Source: Chloroflexota bacterium (lineage in GTDB: Bacteria; Chloroflexota; Dehalococcoidia; SHYD01). From it: a stretch of 64,000 nt of DNA. Below are positions 11,489 through 19,719 of this stretch, in pieces; positions within the stretch are counted from its first letter, which is position 1; every line of letters begins with the position of its first letter. The stretch is taken from assembly GCA_016190485.1 (NCBI GenBank), contig JACPQN010000066.1, positions 8,446 to 72,445 on the forward strand, given 5' to 3'. The position numbers and the translations under genes are program-made. The notes under the pieces are model-generated. The model was not told the DNA's origin and searched no databases. It was given only the letters and a program-made list of their open reading frames with translations.

Positions 11489-12280
11489 CTATCGCCCCTG
11501 GAACTGGGGCGCTCGCTTCTCCGTGTAAGCCCGGATCCCCTCCCGGAAGTCCTCCAGCTGGTAGAAGCGGTCCTGGGCCACAGACTCCAGCTCCGCGGCC
11601 TCCTCCAGGGTCTGGTGCAGGTGCTTGTAGACCATGCGCTTGTTCATGGCGTGCACCAGGGGTGGCCCCTCGCAGACCTTCTGGGCCAGCTCCATGGTCG
11701 CGGGCAGCAGCTCCTCCGGCGGCAGCACCCTGCTCACCAGGCCGATGCGCAGGGCCTCGTCGGCGCCGAAGAGATCGCCCCGGAAGAAGAGCTCCAGGGC
11801 CGTGGACATCCCCACCAGCCGGGGCAGAAACCAGGTGGCCGCGCCGTCGCCGGGCAGGCCCCGCTTGGTCCAGATGGCGGCGAAGCGGGCCTCGCTGGAG
11901 GCGTAGCGGATGTCGCACATCATGCTGAGGCCGAAACCCCAGCCCACGGCCACGCCGTTGATGGCCCCGATGACGGGTACGTCGCACTGCTGGATGAGCA
12001 CCGCCAGGTCCCGCTCCGGATGGGGCCGCCGCCAGGGCGCGGCCAAGGCCTCGTCGCCGCTCTCCGCCCGGCGGGCCTGGTTGCTGGTGTCGGCGCCGGA
12101 GCAGAAGCCCCGGCCGGCGCCGGTGACCACCACGCAGCGGGTCTCCCGGTCTTCTCGCAGGTCCAGGAAGGTCTGCGCCAGGGCCTGGCGCATCTCCGCG
12201 CTCAGGGCGTTCAGGCGCTCGGGGCGGTTCAGGGTGAGCTTGAGGACTGCGCCCTCGCGCTCCACCAGGACATCGGGCAT
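11489..12280 (-). CDS. enoyl-CoA hydratase/isomerase family protein (tandem paralog)
   Basis: crotonase fold motifs GAGRGFCSGAD; same C-terminal signature as neighbour. Confidence 0.85.
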   Translation of the reverse strand: MPDVLVEREGAVLKLTLNRPERLNALSAEMRQALAQTFLDLREDRETRCVVVTGAGRGFCSGADTSNQARRAESGDEALAAPWRRPHPERDLAVLIQQCDVPVIGAINGVAVGWGFGLSMMCDIRYASSEARFAAIWTKRGLPGDGAATWFLPRLVGMSTALELFFRGDLFGADEALRIGLVSRVLPPEELLPATMELAQKVCEGPPLVHAMNKRMVYKHLHQTLEEAAELESVAQDRFYQLEDFREGIRAYTEKRAPQFQGR

Positions 12281-12472
12281 CGCATCCGCCTTTCCGGGCC
12301 GCAGGCAGCGCTGCAGCCGCTATCACAGCTAGTGGGGCTATTGTAGCGCGAAAGGTGGAGGGGGTGAAGGGAGGGTCGTTCGCATCCCGCAGTGACACTG
12401 CCGGGGGAATCGGGGTACACTTAAGGTATCCAAGAGGGCCCTTCCCCGCCGGAGGGTGGCGCCCAAAGGTAT

Positions 12473-13828
12473 TTGAACATGGTAGCTCGGCTGGCCCAGC
12501 GGATGGGCCTTTTTTATGGGTGGTGCATCGTGGCGGCCGGCGGCATTCTGGCGGCCGTGGCTGGTGGCACCTTCTTCTTCGGCTTCAGCGCTCTCTTCGA
12601 GCCCATCATCCGGGAGTTTGGCTGGAGCCGCGCCGCCACCTCCGTTGCGTACTCGCTGCGGGCGGAGGTCGGCGGGTTGGAGGCGCCCGTCATCGGGGTG
12701 CTGCTGGACCGCTTCGGGCCGCGACGGGTGATGCGGGTGGGCCTGCTCCTCCTGAGCCTGGGCATGTTCATCATCGCGGCCACCCAGAACATCTGGATGT
12801 TCTACGGCGGCTTCATCGTGGCCACCGTGGGGATGGGGGCCTGCGGCGGCCTGGTGGGGATGATGGCCATCACCCGCTGGTTCCGGCGGCTGCGAGGCAG
12901 AGCCCTGGCGCTGATGACGGTGGGCAACGGCCTGGGCGGCCTGATGGTGCCGATCATCGCGCTGCTCATCCTCTCCTTCGACTGGCGCACGGCGGTGGTG
13001 GTAGCTGGGGTGTACATCCTGGCCGCCGGGCTTCCCCTCACCTACGTCATCGTGGATCAGCCGGCCCGCATGGGCCTGGCGCCCGACGGTGATCCGCCAG
13101 CCCAACACCCTGAAGCAGACCCTCCGGATGGTAGTGTGGCGCAAGGGGAGTACCTGATGCCGGGAGCGCCGGCTGAGCAATCTTTCAGCGGCCGGGAGGC
13201 GCTGAAGACTCGCTCCTTCTGGATGCTGGCCCTGGCGCTGGCCTTCATCGGCCTCTCCGGCAGCGCCGTCACCGTGCACCTGGTACCCTTCTTCACGCAC
13301 GTGGGGATGCCCGACCAAGTGGCGGCCCTGGGTATGACAGCCCTGGCCATCATCAGCCTGGTGGGCCGGCTGGGCTTCGGTTTTGCGGCGGACACCTACG
13401 ACAAGCGCTATGTCATGGCCGCAGCCATCGGTATGCAGGCCCTGGGGAGCATCGGGTTGGCGCTGGTGCAGAACGTCTGGTCCGCCGCTCTGGTGCTGGC
13501 CGTCCTGAGCCCGGGCTTCGGCGGGACCGTGCCGGTGCGCCCCGCGCTCCAGGCGGAGTATTTCGGCGTCCGGTCCTTCGGCGCCATCCAGGGGATGCTC
13601 ATGGCGGTGTCCACCTTCGGCGGCGCGGTGGGCCCGGTGCTGGCGGGATGGGTCTTTGACGTGACGGGCGGCTACCAGGTGGCCTGGGTATTCCTGGGCA
13701 CCCTTTCCCTCGGGGCGGTGCCTCTCCTGCTGGCCATGGGCCGTCCCCGGTCTCTCGCCGACGCCGGGGCTGTGGTGCTGTCGGGCCGGTCACCCGGCCT
13801 GCCCGACCGGCACGCGGGCCTGCACTGA
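12473..13828 (+). CDS. MFS transporter
   Basis: 12 predicted TM helices in 6+6 arrangement with a central loop. Confidence 0.85.
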   Translation: MNMVARLAQRMGLFYGWCIVAAGGILAAVAGGTFFFGFSALFEPIIREFGWSRAATSVAYSLRAEVGGLEAPVIGVLLDRFGPRRVMRVGLLLLSLGMFIIAATQNIWMFYGGFIVATVGMGACGGLVGMMAITRWFRRLRGRALALMTVGNGLGGLMVPIIALLILSFDWRTAVVVAGVYILAAGLPLTYVIVDQPARMGLAPDGDPPAQHPEADPPDGSVAQGEYLMPGAPAEQSFSGREALKTRSFWMLALALAFIGLSGSAVTVHLVPFFTHVGMPDQVAALGMTALAIISLVGRLGFGFAADTYDKRYVMAAAIGMQALGSIGLALVQNVWSAALVLAVLSPGFGGTVPVRPALQAEYFGVRSFGAIQGMLMAVSTFGGAVGPVLAGWVFDVTGGYQVAWVFLGTLSLGAVPLLLAMGRPRSLADAGAVVLSGRSPGLPDRHAGLH

Positions 13829-13830
13829 GG

Positions 13831-14490
13831 CTACTCCGCCCAGGCGCGGCCTAGGGCCATCTGCTCGCTGACCGGCTCCAAGGTCCAGGGCGAGAGGTGG
13901 ACGGCGGAGGCGCACCCCGGGCAGCCGTAGCGCCCCAGGAGGCGGTCAGTGTCCATGGCCTGGCGCACCAGGTGCAGCGCCGGCAGGGGCACAGAGAAGT
14001 GGCCCTGGCAGCTCGGACACTGCACGGAGAGCGCCCCGTCGAAGAGCTCGAAGTCCACCCGCAGCAGCCACAGCAGCCGTCCTATGGCCACCTCCGGATG
14101 CCGGGGCTCGTAGAGCACGGGCTGGCGCAGCTCAGCGAAGCCCGAGAGCTGCACACCGCTGCCCTGGATCACGGGCAGCAGGTACTTGCCCAGGGCCATG
14201 GCTGCCCCCAGCTCCTGGTGCACCCAGGCGGAGCCGTTGCCGGCCTCGGTGAGGAAGGCGACGATGTGGTGAGAGTCCCGCAGGGCCTGGAGCACCACTG
14301 CGCCCTGCGGCCGCCCCGGATGGGGGAAGTGCTCGTACATGTAGGCCCGCAGTCCCAGGCGGTCCAGCACCCGCCACACCCGGTCCACCAGCAGGAAGTC
14401 CTCGTGGGCGTGGGAGAGGTAGACGTGGAAGGGATAGGACTCTCCTTCCCCCTGGGGGAAGGAGAGGGTGGGGGCAGGCCCTCTCACCAC
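13831..14490 (-). CDS. TIR-like domain protein with C-terminal Cys-rich region (GTG start; true start uncertain)
   Basis: FHVYLSHAHEDF...IVAFLTEAGNGSAWVHQELGAAMALGKYLLPVI matches TIR_2/DUF1863 topology; CPSCQGH...CPGC at C-terminus; N-terminal 20 codons are encoded by a palindromic repeat. Confidence 0.6.
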   Translation of the reverse strand: MVRGPAPTLSFPQGEGESYPFHVYLSHAHEDFLLVDRVWRVLDRLGLRAYMYEHFPHPGRPQGAVVLQALRDSHHIVAFLTEAGNGSAWVHQELGAAMALGKYLLPVIQGSGVQLSGFAELRQPVLYEPRHPEVAIGRLLWLLRVDFELFDGALSVQCPSCQGHFSVPLPALHLVRQAMDTDRLLGRYGCPGCASAVHLSPWTLEPVSEQMALGRAWAE

Positions 14491-14530
14491 TGCCAGACCC
14501 TCACCCTAGCCCTCTCCCACAGGGAGAGGG
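14437..14530. repeat. hairpin repeats: CTCTCCTTCCCC/GGGGAAGGAGAG palindrome plus family copy 1 (CACCCT..CCCTCTCCC-aca-GGGAGAGGG)
   Basis: perfect inverted repeats read directly in sequence; same family recurs at 15135, 34093 and 37446. Confidence 0.8.
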
Positions 14531-14695
14531 AACCGTGTTGTCATTCTGAGCGAAGCGAAGAATCTGGGGCGGTGGAGTCCGTGTATCTGCATCGTCCTCA
14601 CGCCAGTCTCCCTAAGGGAGAGAGGAAGCGCTTGCTTTAGTTGTCACGCACCCAGTTTGCACCTCTCGCACGATGCCGTAGCCTCTGGCTCATGC

Positions 14696-14989
14696 TCACC
14701 GTGACTTACGAGTCGACCGCTTCACGATTCGTCCTCGGTAGTCCATGAGACCTGTCTTCAACCCTTGGAGTCGCTCTAGTGCGGTGGGAAGTTGTTGCGT
14801 AGGTAGGGCTACGTAAGCAGGTCCTGAGCCACCTCCCAATTGTCTCAAAGCTGTGGGTATTTCATCCGCAGTGCTTTTTACCTCGGCCCGACCCCTGGTT
14901 CCCTTCACATCCGGGCTTGAGGAGGGATCATACGTCCCCCCAAGCTTTTGCGCGATGATCCTGGCTGCACGATCATGAGCCTTTGCCAT
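14696..14989 (-). CDS. small (97 aa) Hjc/YraN-like PD-(D/E)XK mini-nuclease, hypothetical
   Basis: PDVKG-x5-AEVKST resembles the PD...(E)VK core of Hjc-type resolvases; own RBS AAGGGGG 7 nt upstream; local GC lower than the genome average. Confidence 0.4.
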   Translation of the reverse strand: MAKAHDRAARIIAQKLGGTYDPSSSPDVKGTRGRAEVKSTADEIPTALRQLGGGSGPAYVALPTQQLPTALERLQGLKTGLMDYRGRIVKRSTRKSR

Positions 14990-15045
14990 GTTGCTTACCC
15001 CCTTTCTGAGGCCGTTACAAGCCCACTCGTTCTGTCAGCTGTCTC

Positions 15046-15130
15046 CCTAGCACTGGCTCCAGCCACACTCCTGGTAGGTCATTCAGCGCTCGGCGTAGTA
15101 GACAGTAGCCTGGCCGCAGGCGCATTTGTT
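15046..15130 (-). pseudogene. degenerate duplicate of the nrdJ 3' end (zinc-ribbon coding segment)
   Basis: about 85% identical to 15178-15265; translates KCACGQATVYYAER*MTYQECGWSQC* versus the authentic ICPDCGQAAVYYAEGCMTCQECGWSQC*. Confidence 0.6.
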
Positions 15131-15134
15131 GTTC

Positions 15135-15178
15135 ACCCTCACCCTGTCCCTCTCCCCTCAAGGGAGAGGGAACGAAAT
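15135..15178. repeat. hairpin repeat family copy 2 (TCACCCTCACCCT-GT-CCCTCTCCC-ctcaa-GGGAGAGGG-AAC)
   Basis: read directly; sits between the authentic nrdJ stop and its degenerate duplicate. Confidence 0.8.
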
Positions 15179-15179
15179 C

Positions 15180-17810
15180 CTAGCACTGGCTCCAGCCGCA
15201 CTCCTGGCAGGTCATGCAGCCCTCGGCGTAATAGACGGCGGCCTGGCCGCAGTCGGGGCAGATGGCCCCCAGCGGGCGGGCGGATGGCTTCTCGATGGTG
15301 GCGGCCAGCCCTTCGACAGGCTCAGGACGCGGCTCGGCCAGGGCCTTGTGCTCCGTGGGCGGCGGCGTCTCGACCTCCACGCCCAGGTAGCGCCGCAGGG
15401 CCTTGGCGATGGCGTCGGGGATGGAGCGCACCCTCCCGTTGCCGAAGCCGAAGGTGGCGTAGCCGCCGATCCCCTCGAACTGCTCGATGATCAGGAGCAG
15501 CCGCTCCCGCCGGGGGAGGGGCGCGGAGAGGCGCAGGAGCTGGGAGATGGCCCGGCAGGCCGCCTCGGTCATGGCCTGGATGTCCGACCCCGCCTTGCCG
15601 ATGGTGGCGAAGACCTCGAAGGGCTCCCCCGGCGAGACCTCGCTCACCGTGACGTAGAGGTTGCCGAAGGGCGTGGGCTGCTTGATGGTCTTGGAGTCGA
15701 GCACGTCGGGCCGGGGCGCCACGGCCTCCTGCCAGTGGGCCACCGGCGCCGGAGCGGGCTGTGCCGGGGCGGGCGCGTTGCCCGCGGTGAGCACCTGGCC
15801 GGCCCGGCTGGAGTCCCGGTAGATGGTGATGCCCTTGCAGCCCTCCCGATAGGCCAGCATGTAGGCGTTCCACACGTCGTCCACCGTGGCGTGGGCCGGG
15901 AAGTTGATGGTCTTGCTCACCGCGTTGTCGGTGTAGCGCTGGAAGGCCGCCTGCATCCGCACGTGCCACTCCGGGGTGATGTCGTGGGCCGTCACGAAGA
16001 CCCGCTGCGCCTCCTCCGGCACGCCGGCCACGTCGTGGCAGCTCCCGTGGGCCGCCACCTCGTCCATCAGCTCCTCGGAGTAAAAGCCCTGCCCCCGGGC
16101 CGCGGCCTCGAAGAAGGGGTTGACGAAGCGCTCTTTGATGGCCCCCTCCAGGCCGTGGTGCATGAAGCTGAGGGCGAAGACCGGCTCCACGCCGCTGGAG
16201 GCCCCGGCGATGAGGGAGATGGTGCCGGTGGGCGCAATGGTAGTGCGAGTGGAGTTGCGGTACCGGGGGCCGCCGGGGTAGTCGTAGATGCTGCCCTCCC
16301 AGGTGGGGAAGACGCCCCGCTCCCCGGCCAGCTCAACGGAGGCCTCATTGGCTCCCCGGTTGATGAAGTCCATCACCGCCTCGGCCAGGCGCAGCGCCTC
16401 CTCGGAGTCGTAGGGCACGCCCAGTTGCAGCAGCAGGTCGGCCCAGCCCATGACCCCCAGGCCGATCTTGCGGGTGGCCTTGGTCATCACCTCGATCTCG
16501 GGCACCACGTACTTGTTCATGTCGATGACGTTGTCCAGGAAGCGGGTGGCCAGCCGGGTGACGGCCGCCAGGCGCTCCCAGTCCACACGGTCGGCGGGAC
16601 TTTGTCCGGCGCTATTGGAGCGCACCATCTTGGAGAGGTTCAGTGAGCCCAGGTTGCAGGACTCGTAGGGCATCAGGGGCTGCTCGCCGCAGGGGTTGGT
16701 GCTCTCCACGGGCGCGATGTGGGGGCAGGGATGGTCCCGGTTCACCCGGTCAATGAAGACGATGCCGGGGTCGCCGTTCTTCCAGGCGTTCTCCACCATC
16801 TGCTGAAAGACCTCTCGCGCCCGGAACTGCCCGGACACCTGCCCGGTGCGGGGGTTGGTGAGGTCGTAGGTGCGGTCTTCCTCCACCGCTCGCATGAACT
16901 CCTCGGTCACGGTCACGGAGATGTTGAAGTTGGTGACGGAGACCATGTCGGCCTTGCAGGTGATGAACTCCTGGATGTCCGGGTGGGTCACGGAGAGGAT
17001 GCCCATGTTGGCGCCCCGGCGCATGCCGCCCTGCTTGATGGCCTCGGTGGCGGCGTCGAAGACCTTCATGAAGGAGACGGGGCCGCTGGCCACCTGGCCG
17101 GTGGACTGGACGATGTCGTTGGCGGGGCGCAGCCGACCAAAGGCGAAGCCGGTGCCGCCGCCGGTTTTGTGGATGAGGGCCGCGTGCTTCACCGAGTCGA
17201 AGATCTTGTCCAGGGAGTCCTCCACCGGCAGCACGAAGCAGGCGGAGAGCTGCTGCAGCTCCCGGCCCGCGTTGGCCAGGGCGGGCGAGTTGGGAAGGAA
17301 CTCCAGGTTGGCCATGATCTGGTAGAACTCCTCGGCCCAGGCGGCCGCGTCGGCCTGGGGGTTGTAGAGGAGCTCCGCCTGGGCCAGGTTCCAGGCCACC
17401 CGGCGGAACATCTCGTCGGGTGTCTCCACCACCCGGCCGTGGAGGTCCTTTTTCATATAGCGCTTTTCCAGCACCGTCACCGCCTGGGGCGTGAGCCTCG
17501 GTATGCCCCTGAGCCGGGTGGGCGCCCTGGGGATGACAGTGCCTGGCACGCCCGTCGTGGCGGGCACAGGGGCGGCGCGGAAGGCGCGGCCCTCCCGCAG
17601 GGCGCCGATCTCCTCCTCCAGCCGGGCCACGGCCGAAGCGCCGAAGATGCTCAGGCGCGCTGCCACGTCGGCCACTGACCAGGTGGCGGGCGCCGCCGCC
17701 GGAGCGGGATCGCTCTGGGCGACGGGGGCCAGGCCTGCCTGCCGGACAGGCAGGTGGGCTGCTCGCACGGATGTATGTTTCCGGCCGTTGCCGTTAGCGT
17801 TGGTTGTCAA
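15180..17810 (-). CDS. nrdJ: adenosylcobalamin-dependent (class II) ribonucleotide reductase
   Basis: 876 aa, class II RNR catalytic core, C-terminal CxxC...CxxC zinc ribbon. Confidence 0.9.
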   Translation of the reverse strand: MTTNANGNGRKHTSVRAAHLPVRQAGLAPVAQSDPAPAAAPATWSVADVAARLSIFGASAVARLEEEIGALREGRAFRAAPVPATTGVPGTVIPRAPTRLRGIPRLTPQAVTVLEKRYMKKDLHGRVVETPDEMFRRVAWNLAQAELLYNPQADAAAWAEEFYQIMANLEFLPNSPALANAGRELQQLSACFVLPVEDSLDKIFDSVKHAALIHKTGGGTGFAFGRLRPANDIVQSTGQVASGPVSFMKVFDAATEAIKQGGMRRGANMGILSVTHPDIQEFITCKADMVSVTNFNISVTVTEEFMRAVEEDRTYDLTNPRTGQVSGQFRAREVFQQMVENAWKNGDPGIVFIDRVNRDHPCPHIAPVESTNPCGEQPLMPYESCNLGSLNLSKMVRSNSAGQSPADRVDWERLAAVTRLATRFLDNVIDMNKYVVPEIEVMTKATRKIGLGVMGWADLLLQLGVPYDSEEALRLAEAVMDFINRGANEASVELAGERGVFPTWEGSIYDYPGGPRYRNSTRTTIAPTGTISLIAGASSGVEPVFALSFMHHGLEGAIKERFVNPFFEAAARGQGFYSEELMDEVAAHGSCHDVAGVPEEAQRVFVTAHDITPEWHVRMQAAFQRYTDNAVSKTINFPAHATVDDVWNAYMLAYREGCKGITIYRDSSRAGQVLTAGNAPAPAQPAPAPVAHWQEAVAPRPDVLDSKTIKQPTPFGNLYVTVSEVSPGEPFEVFATIGKAGSDIQAMTEAACRAISQLLRLSAPLPRRERLLLIIEQFEGIGGYATFGFGNGRVRSIPDAIAKALRRYLGVEVETPPPTEHKALAEPRPEPVEGLAATIEKPSARPLGAICPDCGQAAVYYAEGCMTCQECGWSQC

Positions 17811-17917
17811 GGTCGTCCTCCCTCTGCCCGGGGGCGGGTTGATGCATAGTGAATGGGATCAGCGCAAGGGGACAAAAAGCCCCGTTGGGCCGGTAGCGCC
17901 GGCCCTCCGGGGCTGGC

Positions 17918-18313
17918 TTAGCCGAGCTCTAGCTCTAGCACCGCCCTTCTGGAGAGCGCGATATGCCGCTCCTGGCCGCTGACCACCTCGGTCAGGAAGC
18001 CCTCCTTTTCCCAGTATTGTACCCATTCCGTGTTGACCGAGAAGGCCAGCAGGAGCTGCTCCAGCTCCTGTGCGCTCTTACCGCCGCTGTTGAAGATGTC
18101 CCGGAACATCCGTTGGGAGCTCACGTGTGGCTCCGACCAGCGGGTGGCTTCCTGGGCTCGGGCCAGGGCGGCTTCCTGGGCCTGGGACGCGGCATCGGTT
18201 TCCTGGTGCGCGGTGGCCTCCGGCAGACCGGCGTCCCCGCGGCTCTCGGGGGCGGGCTCGTCCTGAGGTATGCCGCCCTGGGGGTTCTCTTCGTCAGCGT
18301 ATCGGGAGGGCAT
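17918..18313 (-). CDS. hypothetical protein (acidic N-terminus), in nrdR-nrdJ operon
   Basis: ORF with codon usage like its neighbours, co-oriented between nrdR and nrdJ; no recognisable domain. Confidence 0.35.
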   Translation of the reverse strand: MPSRYADEENPQGGIPQDEPAPESRGDAGLPEATAHQETDAASQAQEAALARAQEATRWSEPHVSSQRMFRDIFNSGGKSAQELEQLLLAFSVNTEWVQYWEKEGFLTEVVSGQERHIALSRRAVLELELG

Positions 18314-18322
18314 GGCAACCTC

Positions 18323-18559
18323 CTATGGAATTAGCTGGAAGGCGGGCGCCCGCCGGAGGACGAAATGGTCGGAGTCGGTAGCCACTTGGTCCAGTTTGCC
18401 GTCGGGGCCATGGTGGAAGTGGAGCTCCGCCACGCCATGGCAGCGGGGGCAACGCACCTTCCGGTCCTCTCGGGCATCCACCCGGGGCATGCGGAAGACG
18501 CGCCCATACTCGTCCCGGTTGCAGCCCAGAGTCAGGTCTACCTCGAAGTCTATCAGCAT
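18323..18559 (-). CDS. hypothetical small zinc-ribbon protein
   Basis: 78 aa, CxxxxxxxG...CPRCHG motif; co-oriented in the nrd operon. Confidence 0.35.
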   Translation of the reverse strand: MLIDFEVDLTLGCNRDEYGRVFRMPRVDAREDRKVRCPRCHGVAELHFHHGPDGKLDQVATDSDHFVLRRAPAFQLIP

Positions 18560-18711
18560 AACAAGTCCTCCTTAGGGCACCAGCTATGTGCTGGAAGGCT
18601 CGTCCGACATTCTAAGCCGTGGTGCCCAGTAGGGTCGGGCAACATCGCGCCTGCTCCGCCGTCCCTGGCGCTGCCTCAAGCTGAGCAGCTAGAGTGGTCA
18701 TCTGGTGTGCC

Positions 18712-19257
18712 TTAGCTCGTCTGGTTTCTAGGCCGCCTTCCCCGGCGCCCCCGACCCCTCGGCTCCTCGGGCAGCAGCGGGAGCTGGGTGGCCGGGGGTC
18801 TGCCGCTCTCCCGGCCCGCTGCCAGGGTCTCCACCTCCCGCCGTAGCGACTCCAGGTCCGTGAACTCCCGGTAGACGCTGGCGAAGCGCACGTAGGCGAT
18901 CTGATCCAGGGCTTTGAGCCGCTCCATCACCAGCTCTCCGATGAGCGCGCTGGCCACCTCTGCCCGCCCCAGGCGGTGCAGCTCGGCCTCCACCTCGTTG
19001 ACCAGCCGGTCCACTGTCCCTGTGGGCAGCGGACGCTTGGCGCAGGCTGTCCGTACCCCTGCCAGGAGCTTGCTGCGGTCGAACTCCTCCCGTCGGCCGT
19101 CCTTCTTGATGACGTAGAGCGCCTGCGCCTCGATGCGCTCGTAGGTGGTGAAGCGGGACTGGCAGTTGAGGCACTCCCGTCTCCGCCGGATGCCCGCTTC
19201 CACGTCCCGGGAGTCGATGACCTTGGAGTCGGGGTGCTGGCAGTAGGGGCACCTCAC
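18712..19257 (-). CDS. nrdR: transcriptional repressor NrdR
   Basis: MRCPYCQHPDSKVIDSRDVEAGIRRRRECLNCQSRFTTYE zinc ribbon + ATP-cone. Confidence 0.9.
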   Translation of the reverse strand: MRCPYCQHPDSKVIDSRDVEAGIRRRRECLNCQSRFTTYERIEAQALYVIKKDGRREEFDRSKLLAGVRTACAKRPLPTGTVDRLVNEVEAELHRLGRAEVASALIGELVMERLKALDQIAYVRFASVYREFTDLESLRREVETLAAGRESGRPPATQLPLLPEEPRGRGRRGRRPRNQTS

Positions 19258-19375
19258 CGCCGGTCTCCTCCTGCATCACGCTGCTCATGTCGGCTACCGC
19301 CGGGCGTTCCCGACAGCCCACGACGTAAGGACAGACCCCCCCTATGCCACATCTTGTGGCGTGGCAGTACCGTAA

Positions 19376-19392
19376 CACTATATTTGGGGATT
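19376..19392. promoter_or_regulatory. putative NrdR box in AT-rich promoter island
   Basis: aacactatatttgggg approximates the NrdR-box consensus acaCwAtATaTwGtgt; about 120 bp upstream of nrdR; a second weaker tATATgaaATATgt element lies at 19414-19434. Confidence 0.3.
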
Positions 19393-19719
19393 TGTCAAGA
19401 GCTTGTGGGCGCTATTCTATATGAAATATGTAAGATCAGGAGGAAAGCGAGGGGTGGCTCGAACCTCTGTAGAGCATCTCCAAACGAGAGGGAGGGCATG
19501 GTCGAACCACCCGTGGCTATGGGTCTGGAACGTCACCATGGTAAGGTATCCCGCAAACATCTTGCGGCTAAACCGTTCCCTACCTTGTACGTTATTACCA
19601 TGAGGCGGTGGGTGGGCTGCCCGCCGCAGCGGGGGCAATTCGATGTACACTGGTAGGGTTACTCCGCCAGCGCGCGGCGACCTCGGTCCAGACCCACAGC
19701 ACCACCCTGAAGCCCGACC

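Noticed and set aside
10784-12346. 520-aa plus-strand ORF
   Set aside because: It is antisense to two clearly recognisable enoyl-CoA hydratase genes, and the translation is low-complexity with no motifs.
14437-15180. CRISPR array
   Set aside because: The repeats are hairpin/palindromic units with different flanks, not regularly spaced direct repeats with unique spacers, and no cas genes are present.
15126-16646. 506-aa plus-strand ORF and 14948..15490 ORF
   Set aside because: Antisense to nrdJ. The 14948 ORF spans the repeat and duplicate region, and its translation is compositionally biased.
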